Shown here: positions 1-14,720 of the stretch, piece by piece
Layout: every line of letters starts with the position of its first letter
Numbering within the stretch: the first letter of the stretch is position 1
Source of the DNA: the human T2T-CHM13v2.0 reference genome, Homo sapiens
Assembly (NCBI RefSeq): GCF_009914755.1
Contig: NC_060926.1
Direction: 5' to 3' (one strand)
Length of the DNA stretch: 64,000 nucleotides
Made by a program: the position numbers and the translations under genes
The notes under the pieces: model-generated
What the model saw: the letters and a program-made list of their open reading frames with translations, nothing else
Databases searched by the model: none
What the model was told of the DNA's origin: nothing

Positions 1-2455
1 GAAGGATTCCTGAGTAAGCTTGACAATTGCAAGACTTTTAAAAACCATTATTCTAATGTACTGTATTATAGAGATCTGGTGTTACAGATAACAACAAGAT
101 AATGTACAAGACTTATATTTGTTAGTATTGCACAGAATGTAAATCAGTTGATCATATTGCCTTAAGTCATTTCATATTCAACTTTTGATCTTACAGATTA
201 ATTTCTATTTCCCTTTCCAGGAAAGCTGCTTTTTTAATTTTCCCATCTAGGATCAAGGATTTTCAATCACTATTAAGTTTAATGGAGTCATATTTGAATC
301 TTCATTTTATTTACAACCTTTAGGCAGAGCTGTATTGGCTGTCTTTGTACCTTATTTTTCTAACTAAAAACTAGATGGGTTTTAAATAAAAATTTAAAGT
401 TTGGCAATTCATACCACAGCAACAAGAACATTAACTATAATCAGTAGAATTGTACGTGATTTTAAGAATTACTTATGTTATCATTAATTATGTTCTTTTC
501 TGTTGAATGTTTCTACCTTATTCCACAATTACAAAGCATGACTTTGCTTACAATAACTTTTAAATAATTACGAATTTTTGCAGAAAAGAGCAATTTCCAG
601 TATGTTACTTAAAAACAATACCTCAAGATTGTACTGTTAAGTAGTATCATTGCAATATTTGAGAAGGAAAAGATAATGCCTGAAATGTGCTCTTACTGTG
701 AAATAAGATGGATAATCAGTACAAACAATGAGATTGCTACTTCTGTTAGGAAAAGAGGGACCTTCCTTTCAGTGGACAAGGTAATTTTTTATTCTGTTTA
801 TATTCAAACACTAAATAACGACAACATTTTTCTCACAGGTGTGTGTGTGAATTTGCATAAACTGGATGAAATACCAAATAATTTAATAATTTGAAAATTA
901 GGACATAAGAAAATTAAGGTTGTGTATATAATTATCATGTTTACAATATTTTTGATGACATGAAGCACACAACTATGTTTAGATGTGCGTCTGTTTCACA
1001 TAACAAAAAAATAGTGCTATAGCTAAAAATATTATTTTAAGAACATAATTGTCTGTTAGATTTCTCAATGCAGCCATCTGTCTCAGGTGTAATGATCTGT
1101 CACTCTGACTTTATAAAACAAAACAAAACCTTTAAATCCGATATATCTTTGTTTTTCTTAGTATTGCTTTATTAAAACTGGGGGAAATTTTTCTTCATGC
1201 TTTCTCAAGCATGATAATTAATGATGTAAGTTGTTTCTTTTTCTTAATTGCTTTGTCTACAAGGAAAAGAAAAATTAATTACTTTTGCATCATTAAAATT
1301 GTTCCTAAGCTTGTTTTATGATTCTCTGCTTTAAATGTCAATCCGAAACTCAGCTATTTGAGAAGTCCAGAAGAATAAGATTATCCCAAATTCTAAATTA
1401 TCATATCCCTGACTAGTCACTTTGGGGTTCACTGGCTTCCACATTGACCTAGCAAAGTTTGTACTAACTACTCCCATGTAAAATTGGCTGCCTTTCATTC
1501 TCAGGGGTCTGCTTGGATCATGTGGTTTTGGTTTGAGGTATATGGAGACTGTGTCATCTTTATTCAAGAAAATATGTGGATAGTGGAATTCTAACCTCTG
1601 TTTACAAATAAACAGTAACCTACCACTTTAGCAAAAAACTCATTTTGAACCTAAATTCTTCAAGATTCTTTAGAAGATACCAATTTGTATATTTTTAGCA
1701 GCCAGAGAAGCCATAAACCAGCCCTTAAAGTTCATCCTTAGACAAAAGTAAAAACGGCTTGTCATACTTCTCTATTCATTGGCTGATTTTTTTATGCTTA
1801 CTAAATTCTCTTTTCAAACCAGATTTTTCTTAATCTTCCAAATATTTTAATGAGTTTGTAATCCTTTAAGAAATGCATCCCTCTGTCTAATAGGTCTTAC
1901 CATCTAATTTATCTGTAGCACGGAGGAGGAAGAGGAGTATGGAAAATGAGCCCTTCCCTTATATGCCCTTCTGAAGCATATTAACTTTTATAAGTTTCAT
2001 GTAATTGTGTAAAGGGCATATAAATGAGAAGAAAATTGTTATTGTTAAATGTTGACTAAATTCAAATCAGTACTTAAAAAATCTGCGTAGAGGAAAAAGC
2101 AAAGAGCAACATGGCACCCATATACTACTTTAAGTGGAGGATATTATCTTTGCTTTAGAAGAGTACTGAATACCCCTATCCACTCAGTCTAAACTTATCT
2201 TTGTTACCCCCTTGCTTTTAAAAATAGTTTTACAACATTTCTGAATCCCTAAAGCAGATATTATTTAATTCTGAATGTGTTTTATAATATAAATATTTAG
2301 TGGTTATTTTACAATTTACACTTTAAATATTTTGTTCCTGAGCTATTTATCCATGTTGTTAAAAAATGTCGCTTATTATTTTTCCTGCATTATACCATGC
2401 TATTGTTATAAATCATGCTGCTATAAATCTTATACAAATTCCTAGTACACATATG

Positions 2456-2985
2456 CAAGGATTCTTAAAATATTTCATGTTATGAAGCCCTTTGGCAGTT
2501 TATAGAAACTTATGATGCCTTTTCATAATAATTTTATGAAGAATTGAACATTTGGCCCATTTTAAATAAGTAAAATGAAACACATAGGTTTAAAATTACA
2601 CCAATTTTTTGAAAATACAATTAAAATATGTTTTGTTTCTTGAATATGTGTTATACTCATAAATGCTCTTCTTTATTATTCCACTAAATAATAAAATCTA
2701 GCAACGGTGTAATTACTGCCATAATTTCTAAGAAATGATTAACATAAGTGATGTTTGAGAATATTGCAATAACTGTAAAGTGATTTGACTACATCTGTGA
2801 TTTCTGTGCTATTAAAACCTAGATATTTCTAATACTATAGGTTTTTCCTTTTACTCATAATTGAAGGAAATGGTAAATTTCAGTTAGAAATTAAAGATGC
2901 AGTAAAAATGAAGACAAATGTTTTTCCCATATAATGCACAGATCCTCTGAAATCTATCCATGCAGACCTTGGTCAAAAACCCCTA
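2456..2985. mobile_element. hAT-Charlie non-autonomous DNA transposon (Charlie4a-like)
   Basis: Degenerate TIRs CAAGGATTCTTAA ... GGTCAAAAACCCCT. Internal CCCTTTGGCAGT, CATAATTGAAGGAAATGGTAAATTTCAGTTAGA and CTGAAATCTATCCATG match the recalled consensus. Confidence 0.75.
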
Positions 2986-3066
2986 ATTAGGAAAAGAATT
3001 ATACTAAATGATTACAAATTATTTTCCAAAAATTATTTTTTCAATTCATGCTCTCACAAAATACTA

Positions 3067-3170
3067 TAGGTTGGTGCAAAAGTAATTATGGTTTTTCCAA
3101 TTAAATGTAATTGCAAAATTTGCAATTACTTTTAACTGCAAAAGCTGCAGTTACTTTTGCACCAACCTAA
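3067..3170. mobile_element. MADE1 (Hsmar1-derived MITE) with an internal 25-bp duplication
   Basis: TIRs TAGGTTGGTGCAAAAGTAA ... TTACTTTTGCACCAACCTAA, TA-flanked. It is 104 bp versus ~80 bp for the consensus. Confidence 0.92.
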
Positions 3171-3632
3171 TATAGAAGAGTTTTCATTGTTTCACATTCT
3201 TTCAACACTTGATATTGTCAGACTTTAAATTTTTGTCTATCTTGTTGAAGGAAAATGGCATCTTGTTATGGTTTTCATTTGCATTTCTGTGACTTTTATG
3301 ATATTGCAATTCTTATTACCTATTATTAACCATTTGTATTTCTGTTTCTGGGAAATATCTGTTTATGTTTTTGCCCATATTTCTAATGATTTATAAGAGT
3401 TCTCAATACTTTCTGGAAAAAATAATTTGTTGTTCACATCTCTTGAAAAAGTTTGTTTTCATTATTGTGGTGCCTTATGATAAATAAAAGTTGTTTTTCA
3501 GTGTAATCAAAATTGTCAATAATTTATGGTTCTTTTTCATCTTAAAATATACATCCCAACTTTAAAGACATAAATGTAAATCTTTGTATTGTCTTCTATT
3601 AGTTTCTCCTTTCATATTTAAACCTTGGTAAT

Positions 3633-3874
3633 CAGTGGTGTGACTAAGACAGCACATGCTGACTTACAAGGGCCAATTATCACTTTTTCAGAAATTTGGG
3701 GAGCTGGTTGACATCACATTAGTAGCTTAAAATGGGCCACTATGGGAATATTTACAACATGGAAATTGGCTAGCGCTAAAATAATGAGAGTTTGGTTGAT
3801 TGGTTGTGGTTTTCTTAGGCGGGGCAGGGTAGGAGAATGTATCTTGTTTTTAAACATTTATCAGCACATTACTG
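3633..3874 (+). mobile_element. MER63-like hAT-Blackjack DNA transposon
   Basis: TIRs CAGTGGTGTG ... CAGCACATTACTG. Internal TGACATCACATTAGTAGCTTAAAAT...TATTTACAACATGGAAATTGGC. Confidence 0.75.
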
Positions 3875-5596
3875 TCTTTATTCCATCTGGAATTGCTTTT
3901 CAGATATAGTCAACATTTGCTAAGGAATCTATCCTTTTCCATTCAACTGAAATGCCAACTCTATCATAAATCAATATTTCATACATACATGGGTCTCTTA
4001 CTGAACTCTTTCACTCTTACAATGATCTATATTTTATATATTCATCATGTCATGCAGATTTAGTTCCTATAACCATAAAATAATGTTGGATATTTGATAA
4101 GGCAAGGAACCCCAAATTGTTCTTCTTTCTTAGGAATGTTTTGACCAATTTTACTTCTCCTCTTCCACATAAAGTTAAAAATCATCTCTCAAGTTTCACA
4201 AAACACCCTGTTAGAATCTTGATTGACATTACATTTCCCATATAGGTCAACTGGTGATAACTGAATAGTTTCTATCGTTAGCATAATAACATGATATAGA
4301 TCTTTTCAAAAATAATAAATTTTATAATTTCCTTATGAAAGTCTTGTATATATTTTTTAGATTTATTAGCCACATTTTATTTGTAATGTTATTGGTATAT
4401 TAGCTTTTATTAAATTTTTCTCACCAATGATTTTTTCTAGCATATACAAATGCAATTAATTTTATATTATTGATTTTATAACCATCAAAATCGCCATGCC
4501 CTCTTATTACATCTAATGCATTTCTTGGGTGCTCTTTGAGGTTTTCTATTTAATAATAATCATCTGAAATAATAAAGCTAGGAATCTTATTTTCCAATTC
4601 ATATATCCTTTATTTTTTTTTCTTCTCTTCCTGTTTAGGAAAGGATAGTGTTGAAAAAAATAGCCATTTCAGGCACCCAATGTCTTATACAAATCTTAAA
4701 AGGTATGATGTTTTCGGTAGGTTACATAATGGTAAATATCTTTTAACAGATATTAAAAGGAACCTTATCTTACTAATTTGTTAAGAAATACATACTATAT
4801 TTTGTCATATTAATATATTTAAATTGCCATATGATAAATCCTCCAATTTCCTTAAATTTGGTAAATGGCATAAAATGATTTTCTAATAACAAACTTTGTG
4901 CAGCTGAGATAAATTGATATTAGTAGTGACATGTTACTTTTCTATAGGTGACTAGTTTTAATTTGCTAAAATGTTATTTAGAATTTTTCTCATGTATATA
5001 ATGTATTTGATTTACAGTTTTCTTTTTCTGCCCTTGACAGGTTTTTGTGACTATGTTTTGCTAGCATTATGAAATATGTTAGCCAGTGTTATCACTTTTT
5101 CTATTCCTGGGAATATTTTGTCAATGATTAAAATTATTTGTTCCATATATGACTGGATTAGTTCCATATAAAACCATCTGTATGGAAAATTATATTTGCA
5201 GGACGATTTTTAACTACTGAGGTAATTCTATCCTTGATTTGCAACTATTTTTTTCACCTTGGCACACTTTTGATAAATTATATTTTTATGGATTTGTCAT
5301 TTCATCTAAGTTTTCAAATGTGTTGATTTAAATTTCTCAGTACAACTCTGATTATTCTTTTTATAATTTTTATTATTTCTAGTTATATCTTTTTGACTTT
5401 TTTCTTTTTAAATCAATCTTGGTATTTATAAGTCAGTTAAACTCAATCTTAGGTTTGGCTGATCATCTGTAGTGTATGTTTATTTCATTTGTTCCATATT
5501 ACTTTCATTTAGTTCATTTATGCTTTACTTTTTTTTCATTTCAATACTTGCGTTGTTATTTTCAGCCTTGCTTTTTTCTATAAGCATTTAATGCTA

Positions 5597-5973
5597 TGTG
5601 GCAGACAGAATAATGGCTCCTCAAAGATGTCCACATTCTACTTCTTAGGACCTATGAACATGTTATGCTACATGGCAAGAAAGAGTTAAGATTGCATCTG
5701 GAATTAAAGCTGTTAATCATCTCATCTTCAGAGAGTTTATCCTAGATTATCTGATAGCATCCAGTCTAATCACATGAGCTCTTACAAATGGAGGAGAAGC
5801 AGAAGAGTGGGTCAGAGAGATGTGGCGTGAGAAGTCTCACTGGCATCTTAATTTTAGCTTAGTGAGACCACACGATATTTCTAACCTACAGAACTGTAAG
5901 ATCATAAATTTCTGTTGGTTTAAACCACTAAGATTGTGCTAATTCATAATAGTAGCAATAGAAAATTAATACA
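5597..5973 (+). mobile_element. MaLR solo LTR (MLT1D-like, internally shortened)
   Basis: TG...CA termini. Start TGTGGCAGACAGAATAATGGCTCCTCAAAGATGTCCAC, end TTTAAACCACTAAG...GCAATAGAAAATTAATACA. Confidence 0.85.
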
Positions 5974-6455
5974 GCCTATAAATTCCTCTCTAATGTATAA
6001 TATAGCTAAGTCATTACTGACATTTATTTTGTAAAATTTAGTGTTTTTTTGTTACTGTCTAGTTACATAATTTAAAATTTTTATTTATGGTTTCTTGTTT
6101 ATATATACATTATTTAGAAGTTTTTGCATTCTAAATGTATCAGGTTTATTCTACATAGCTTTTAGATTGAGTTCCTACATTTTGATCAGATTTTTATTGT
6201 AAATGATATAATCTTTCATGGCTTAGTATATGAGCATTTTTTAAATGCCCTGTGTGCGTTTCTTTGAAAATACTATATACTTAACTTTTTGAGTGCAGTA
6301 CTCTATTGCTACCTATTTGATGAATTTTATTAACTGGGCTTTAAGTCTTCTGTATCCTAATTTTTTAGGAGGGCATCTAGATATATAAGTTAATGAGAGG
6401 TTGTTAAAGACTCCACTATAACATATATTTAATTCTATTTAAAGTTCTATTGGTC

Positions 6456-6456
<1 letters not shown>

Positions 6457-6500
<44 letters not shown>
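6457..6500 (+). repeat. (GATA)11 tetranucleotide microsatellite
   Basis: Eleven perfect GATA units, counted directly. Confidence 0.97.
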
Positions 6501-6501
<1 letters not shown>

Positions 6502-6568
6502 AGGTTATAGTCTTTCTTGGATTCAAATTTTAGTTATTATACTTTCTTGGTGAACTGAAATTAAATGA

Positions 6569-6931
<363 letters not shown>

Positions 6932-9039
6932 TAAGTATGATTTGCCCAGTGTACATTTCCTATTCTCTCATGTTCAAACTTTCTTTATCCTAATGTTTTA
7001 GGTGGGTTTCTTATGAACGTTGAACACCTGAATTTTGTATTTTTATTCAATTTGGCCATTTTTTCTTTAACTGCTAGATTCAGTCTATTTATATTTATTT
7101 CAATTCCTGATATATTTTCACTTTTGTACTCTTATTTTTGTGTTCTCAAGGTTCCTCCCAGCTTAGTAAAGTAGGATTTTCTATTAGACTCCCTACCCCT
7201 GTCTCCTACATCACTCAATGCCCACAAACTGACTCAAGTCCACTAGATTTTGCAAATGTTTTCTATGAAAACAGGCCTTGTTGCGCAGATCACCTCTCTT
7301 TGTTCCCTCTTTTACTCAGTTATTCAGCCTTTGGCTATTTTTACTTGCTTGCCAGCACCGACCTATTTAAAAATGTGTCTACCCTACATTTTGTTGTGTC
7401 CATGGGGAGGGCGGGTCTGGGTTTCTGTCCTGCCTTACTGCCAGAAAAAGAGATTTTTTTAGCAATGTAAACTTACAGATTGTCAACGAAGATAATAAAA
7501 TCCTATCATTATTATAGTTAAGTAATCCTTCTACCTGACCCTTAAAAAATTGGGTACGACACCCTCAACAGGTCCAGCATTGTAAACATCATCACTCTAG
7601 TATAAATGAAGCTATGTTGTCTCTCTGAAGGGATTTATTCTAAGAACTATAGAAGGCTAAAATCTGTGAACGTCTCAAAATTGCAATCTTTCTCACTTAA
7701 CACAAAACAATATTTTCCATAAAAACACATGGCATGTCATCAGTGATCAATAAATTGTTATTGAATAAATAGTTAATGAATAAGTACATTATGCCTTTAC
7801 CGATATTGTAAGATGACTACTTTCTTTCAAGTCATTTTCCTATGTATTTCTCTAATTCCTTTTTAAATGTGGCCTTAGTCTTTTTTGTGGATATTATTTA
7901 ACAAAAAATTATTTTTCTCCCTAAAGATTACTCTCCCTGAAAATTTATTGTAGTGGTGTATATAAGTGTGGTTTCTTTTAATAGAAAATAAATAATGAGT
8001 TCAATGTTAGTGGCCTTATTGTATAGTATTTCAAAAATGATAGGTAAGCATGCTAAATAATACAGGATGTTAGTTACAGTGCATCTTAGAGCAGTGTAAA
8101 AAAATTTCACTGAGCAAGAGCTTAATTCTCAAATATTAACATTTTCCAACATTGTAACAGCATTTGTTTGTTTTATCCCCGACAGTTCCTTTTGTCAAAG
8201 AACTGTTACCCAGTTTTGTCACCCAGCATTCCCTTTAAATGTATGGCACATTTCCTCCATAATGATTAGTCTGGAAATTTATAAGACTACAGAAACAAGG
8301 TAACTTTAACTACTTCAAGTAGTATTATCACAGATGACGTCTTGCGATGTCATTACCATATGTTGCACTATTTCACAAGTTCTAAACTAAGCCATTTAGG
8401 ATAATATTGACAGTATATTCTATACTTAGTATAATCTGCCCTCAAACATTCTCCAGCTATGAGACTTCTGGAGCAACATATTCTTGCTAAAAAAAGCAAT
8501 GCCCTTGTATCAGGTTGGTAAAGGCATTCTGACAGTCTGTAACAGGCAGAATTCCTTTCTTGCACACTATTCCCAATAGTCTCATTTTACTTTGTACAAA
8601 ATGTAATAAGGAAAGATATCCTTTGCACAGAACACTTGGTGATATTTCCCGTGTTTAAAAATTACCTTCAGTACTTGAATTACATAAAAACTAAGAAGAC
8701 TCACGACTTGCTATATCTGTTCATTGCTGCATTTTTGGTATATATTATATTGATTTTCCTACTTTAAGATTAGGAAATTGTTAAGAATACTTCACTTTTC
8801 AAAGATAATTGTGACATCGTATGCACTATCAAATGCAGAAGTGCCCTCATGGAAGGTTTTATTTGTATGCAAACATTTTCGTTGTCCCCAATTGGTCATA
8901 TGCCTTTGCTGTCACTATTGCATATGCGTGTTTATTAATATAAACGTGGTTACATGATGGAATGTGTACATTCATTTAAATCTTGATTTCCAGGAGTTAG
9001 CTCCTAGAATGTACCCCCAGATTCCCATAAAGTAGATAC

Positions 9040-9630
9040 TGCCATTGTTCTTTTTGTTTTTTAAATGAGAAAAAATAAAAAGAGAAGTAAAAAAAAAATC
9101 CCAATTTATGCAGATAAAATGAAAGAAACTTGATTCAAAACCAGCTTTCTTGGATTCCAGAGCCAGGGCTGGTTTTATCATACAACCATATCAGTACAAC
9201 CATATTATAACTATAATACGACCATTTACTGTCTATCTAGCATTAATTTAAGGCTTTAAAAAGAGCTTTATGCAAATGATCAAATTCATTAATAGTACCG
9301 ACCCTTTAATCCTTTCATCATCCCTAAATGGAAGAGAGTTGTTATCCCAATTTTACAATTTAAGATATTGGCCATAAAAGAAGGTCTAAATCTCATAGGT
9401 GGGAAACTGGAAAGTGAACACAGTTCTGGCCAGACCTTTAGCCACTATACTCCCTCTGCAGTAACCTCTCTCACTACCAACCCCTTTTAATATAAGGTGG
9501 CAGAACAGAAATGAGAGAGGTCAGCCCCTTAGCTTCTTAACCCTCAGTTTCTTGTCTTCTTTGTCTGTGAACTGAGGGCAGACTAGAAATCTCTAAACAC
9601 CAGTCTAACACAATACTTTATGCTTCCAGG
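9040..9630. mobile_element. Cluster of decayed MIR/MIR3 fragments
   Basis: MIR core-like motifs TTATCCCAATTTTACA (~9342), CCCTCAGTTTCTTGTC...CTGTGAACTGAGG (~9541), GGATTCCAGAGCC (~9152). Confidence 0.55.
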
Positions 9631-10094
9631 TTTAGATCACTCCAATAAAAATTAAATATTTTATGAGTCTGTTCTCAATTGCTATTGCATTATAGAAAAT
9701 AGTTTTACTTTTCATTTTTCCTTGTTTCAGCTATGATGATTATTTCAGATCACATCCACCATCAAATTTGAAGTTTTTCATCATATTAAAACATTCTATC
9801 TAAATTAAATAATATGTTTGGATTACAAAAGGCTAGACAGAAATTGAAGCAAGCACACACTTTACTATTATAAGTATTGCACATGCCCTTTAAAATAGAT
9901 AAAACTGTTCATTTATGGTTTGTTTCAATTTCCAGATTGAATTCATGTCTATAATAACGTTTCATTTATATTGTTTAATTGTTTAAAAGATGAATTGAGT
10001 CTTTAGTGGCTTTCTAATCCCGACAAAAGGAATTTGGGATTAACACCTATGAGAACCTATACTGTACCTCTCAATGTTGTATGTTAGAAATAAC

Positions 10095-10170
10095 CAGATA
10101 AAAATTTATCTTGCTTTAAGCCGTCAAATCTGTGGCAATTTGTTATGGGATCTCCTGGGAAACTAGTATA
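10095..10170 (+). mobile_element. MLT1-type LTR 3' end fragment
   Basis: TTGCTTTAAGCCGTCAAATCTGTGGCAATTTGTTATGG...GGAAACTAGTATA matches the MLT1 terminus. Confidence 0.6.
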
Positions 10171-10269
10171 GCCTAAGTTATATTTTCTTTCCTACACATC
10201 TGTAGTTGTATTTCCCCAAAATACAAACAAATAAAAAAAGAAATCTAAGAAAGTAAAATATCTCTGCCC

Positions 10270-10890
<621 letters not shown>

Positions 10891-11659
10891 GAAACTTACC
10901 TATTTCAAAGTCAATCAGACAAAAGTTGTTTTTATTATTCCTACCAATCAGTCCTTCTAAGTCTGAAAAAATATTAAGGTGGTTTATGACTTAGAAGACG
11001 CAGGCATTTCAAAATATACAATCGTGAACCATGAAATCAGCATAACCACAGTGTGGAAATACCACCAGCCTCCCCACATTGGCCCATAAAGCGGTAGCTG
11101 GCATGAACTCCACACCCAGCTACACTATTTTTATTAGGGAAGCCAAATGACCTATTTTGATATAGCAACCAGTTTATTTTTAAAAAACATACTCTCAGGA
11201 TTAAAGTTAGGAAAATAATGACATCATTAATAACCTCACATCTTTAAGAATACCTAATAATTATTGATAAATTTATATATACCTTAATTTACATAGAGTG
11301 CCACATCTAATTCTTTCAAACCACTTATCACCATTTTATCCCTTAGAAACCAATACTCAGAGAGATCTAGTAAGTGCCCAAGTTTATACAGTACTTAGTA
11401 TGTGACAGAGCCTGGCCATGACCTCAAAACTTTCTCATCTCTCATCCATCAAAACCTACTAACTTTACATCATAGAATAAAAGTGGAAAAGAGATGATCC
11501 AATACTCTGGCCACATCTACCGGCAGAACTTACTTCTATGGTTTGCATGGCATTTTCATTCTTCATTTTAGCGATGGTGATTTGAACTTTGCTAATATGC
11601 AAATATTGGTTAACTCCCATATAAAAAAGTCAAATGTACATTAATTTTAGCAAAAGCAA

Positions 11660-12050
11660 GTGATCCAAGTGTGCTCTCCTCCTTTGCCCCTGTCCATCCA
11701 TTGTATGCCCTTGTCTACTCTATATCTTAGGAGCTTGATCTCAGGCAACTGCGTAGCCTGGCTTCTGATTAGTTTTAGCCATCAAAAGGCACAAACAGAA
11801 GATGAAGTTTGGGTTCTACTTCCTCTCTGTTCCTTCTCTGACAGGCTGCTGTACCTGGTCTGAATAATTTGGATAGTATGTTTGATCACTGATTCCATAC
11901 AGCAAGCTCTCTTATGATCACAGCGTTTACTAGGTTTTGGTAATAGCTTCTTCCTCCCCCAATATCTTATGCGAATAGTTACTTTATTAAATTCTTTTGA
12001 GTACCTTTTATTTATTGTGATATATGCTTCTTGATAAGACTCTGATATAT
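11660..12050 (+). mobile_element. ERVL-type solo LTR (LTR33-like)
   Basis: CTGGCTTCTGATTAGTTTTAGCCATCAAAAGGCAC and the terminal AATAGTTACTTTATTAAA...CTCTGATATA resemble LTR33. Confidence 0.55.
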
Positions 12051-12412
12051 TTATTTAATATCAGGTTTATGCATAATAATTCTTGATGTTTTTCCTGGGT
12101 GTTAAAGCTCTCTACATTTTACAATTGTATTCATCTTTAAAAAGAAAGATAAGCCTTTCTTCAAGTTTTTCTCATCCAATCCTTCTCCTTTACCCTCTGC
12201 CAGAACACACACACACACACAAACCCACATGCTCACACCCACACTCACAGTCAAGGAATTTATTTAAATCAAATTATCTTCAAAAAGACAGAATAAATAT
12301 TGTGAATGCAGTTAAGTCCCAAATTTAGATAAGTTCTTCTTTTAATAATTCAATCTGCTACTACTGTACAATAACATAGGAAATGACCATGAAATTTTTT
12401 TGTATTGCATAG

Positions 12413-12778
<366 letters not shown>

Positions 12779-12944
12779 AATGTATGATTTTTATGAAAGA
12801 GAAAAAATTACAAATTTGCTGATTTTTCTGTGACCTCAGGTGGGAAAGTTGTGATACCCAGCAGATAAACTGGTTATAATAAACACATTCATTCTGTTCC
12901 TTCAACATAATATAAGCATTTTGACAATTAATTTTTTAAAGACT

Positions 12945-13689
12945 ATTGGTTTCCACTTCTCCTAAGAATAGACCAAATCTACCATAATAATTCACCATTA
13001 TAAAACAACTATAAAATATTCCCATAATGCCAAAACCAGCAATCTAAAGGCATTCTTTTGAGGAGCAGCATTGTACAAAGTGAATTCCATTTTTGTAGCT
13101 TTTAACCTATGGTCAGTTGCTGTGGGTGAAACATGTCAGTTGGTAAGTGTACCAAAGGAAAAACTGAACTTAGAGAAATCATGATCGTAGAAGAAAGTGG
13201 AGTGATCAAAGAAAAGAAAGAGACAGAAATTCCCAAATTCTGTACATCCACATCCCTGACTAGGGACAGAACCACTCATGTAAGAAACAGATTCAAATAA
13301 GCTCAACCAATGACCAAAAAACTGAACTTAGACTGGAGCTGCTTGCCCCCAAAAATAGAGTTTTCAGTTCAAATATAAATAAGAGAATTGCTAGGCAAAT
13401 AAAAGAATAACAATAATTTTCAATACATAATGATCTATATTCTCCACAACTTAATTTTCTCACTATCTAGGATATCATACAAAATTACCAAACTTGAAAT
13501 AATCAAAGAAATAAACCACATTCTAGAATAAAGAAAATTGTCTGCACCTCAAAATGAATGATATTGGAACTAGGAGACAAGGATCTTAAACTGGTTAAGA
13601 TAACTCTTCCCTATTAAAAAAAGTAAATGTGTATTTGGCAAATATACAAAATCTTGGCAGACAAATAATGATATGAAAGTAAAGAAATA
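12945..13689 (+). mobile_element. Old L1M 5' UTR/ORF1 remnant (continues at 18014-18590 beyond the L1PA)
   Basis: A-rich decayed ORF1-like sequence (GGAACTAGGAGACAAGGATCTTAAA). It resumes after the L1PA with GAACAGAATCTCAGAG. Confidence 0.55.
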
Positions 13690-14141
13690 GAGGTGGAGCC
13701 AAGATGGCTGAATAGGAACAGCTCCAGTCTACAGCTCCCAGCATGACCGACGCAGAAGACAGGTGATTTCTGCATTTCCAACTGAGGTACCAGGTTCATC
13801 TCACTGGGCAGTGTTGGACAGTGTGTGCAGGACAGTGGGTGCAGCACATCGAGCATGAGCTGAAGCAGGGCAAGGCATCGCCTCACCCAGGAAGTACAAG
13901 GGGTCAGGGAATTCCCTTTCCTAGTCAAAGAAAGGAGTGACAAATGGCAACTGGAAAATTGGGTCACTCTCACCCTAATACTGTGCTTTTCCAATGGTCT
14001 TAGCAAACGGCACACCAAGGGATTATATCCCGCTCCTGGCTCAGAGGGTCCTACGCCCACAGAGCCTCACTCATTGCTAGCACAGCAGTCTGAGATCAAA
14101 CTGCAAGGTGGCAGTGAGGCTGGGGGAGGGTTGCCCGCCAT
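13614..14141 (-). pseudogene. L1 antisense ORF0 remnant, interrupted at codon 25
   Basis: Minus frame from ATG 14141 reads MAGNPPPASLPPCSLISDCCASNE*GSVGVGPSEPGAGY..., matching primate ORF0. Confidence 0.85.
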
Positions 14142-14720
14142 TGCCGAGGCTTGAGTAGGTAAACAAAGCAGCCGGGAAGTTCAAACAGGGTTCCTTGAGC
14201 CCACCGCAGCTCAAGGAGGCCTGCCTGCCTCTGTAGACTCCAACTCTGGGGACAGGGCATAGCCAAATAAAAGGCAGCAGAAACCTCTGCAGACTTAAAT
14301 GTCCCTGTCTGACAGCTTTGAAGAGAGGAGTGATTCTCCCAGCACACAGCTTGAGATCTGAGAACGCAAAGACTGCCTCCTCAAGTGGGTCCCTGACCCC
14401 TGAGTAGCCAAACTGGGAGGCACCCCCCAGTAGGGGCAGATGGACACCTCACATGGCCGGGTACTCCTCTGAGACAAAACTTCCAGAGGAACAATTAGGC
14501 AGCAACATTTGCTGTTCACCAATATCTGCTGTTCTGCAGCCTCTGCTGCTTTTACCCAGGCAAACAGGGTCTGGAGTGGACCTCCAGCAAACTCCAACAG
14601 ACCTGCAGCTGAGGGTCCTGACTGTTAGAAGGAAAACTAACAAACAGAAAGGACATCCACACCAAAACCCCATGTGTACATCACCATCATCAAAGACCAA
14701 AGGTAGATAAAACCACAAAG

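Noticed and set aside
676-894. 72-aa ORF with splice-like signals (TTAG|G at ~750, AAG|GTAATT at 781, CACAG|G at ~838)
   Set aside because: The implied intron is only 58 nt, there is no recognisable homology, and such signals are common in AT-rich DNA.
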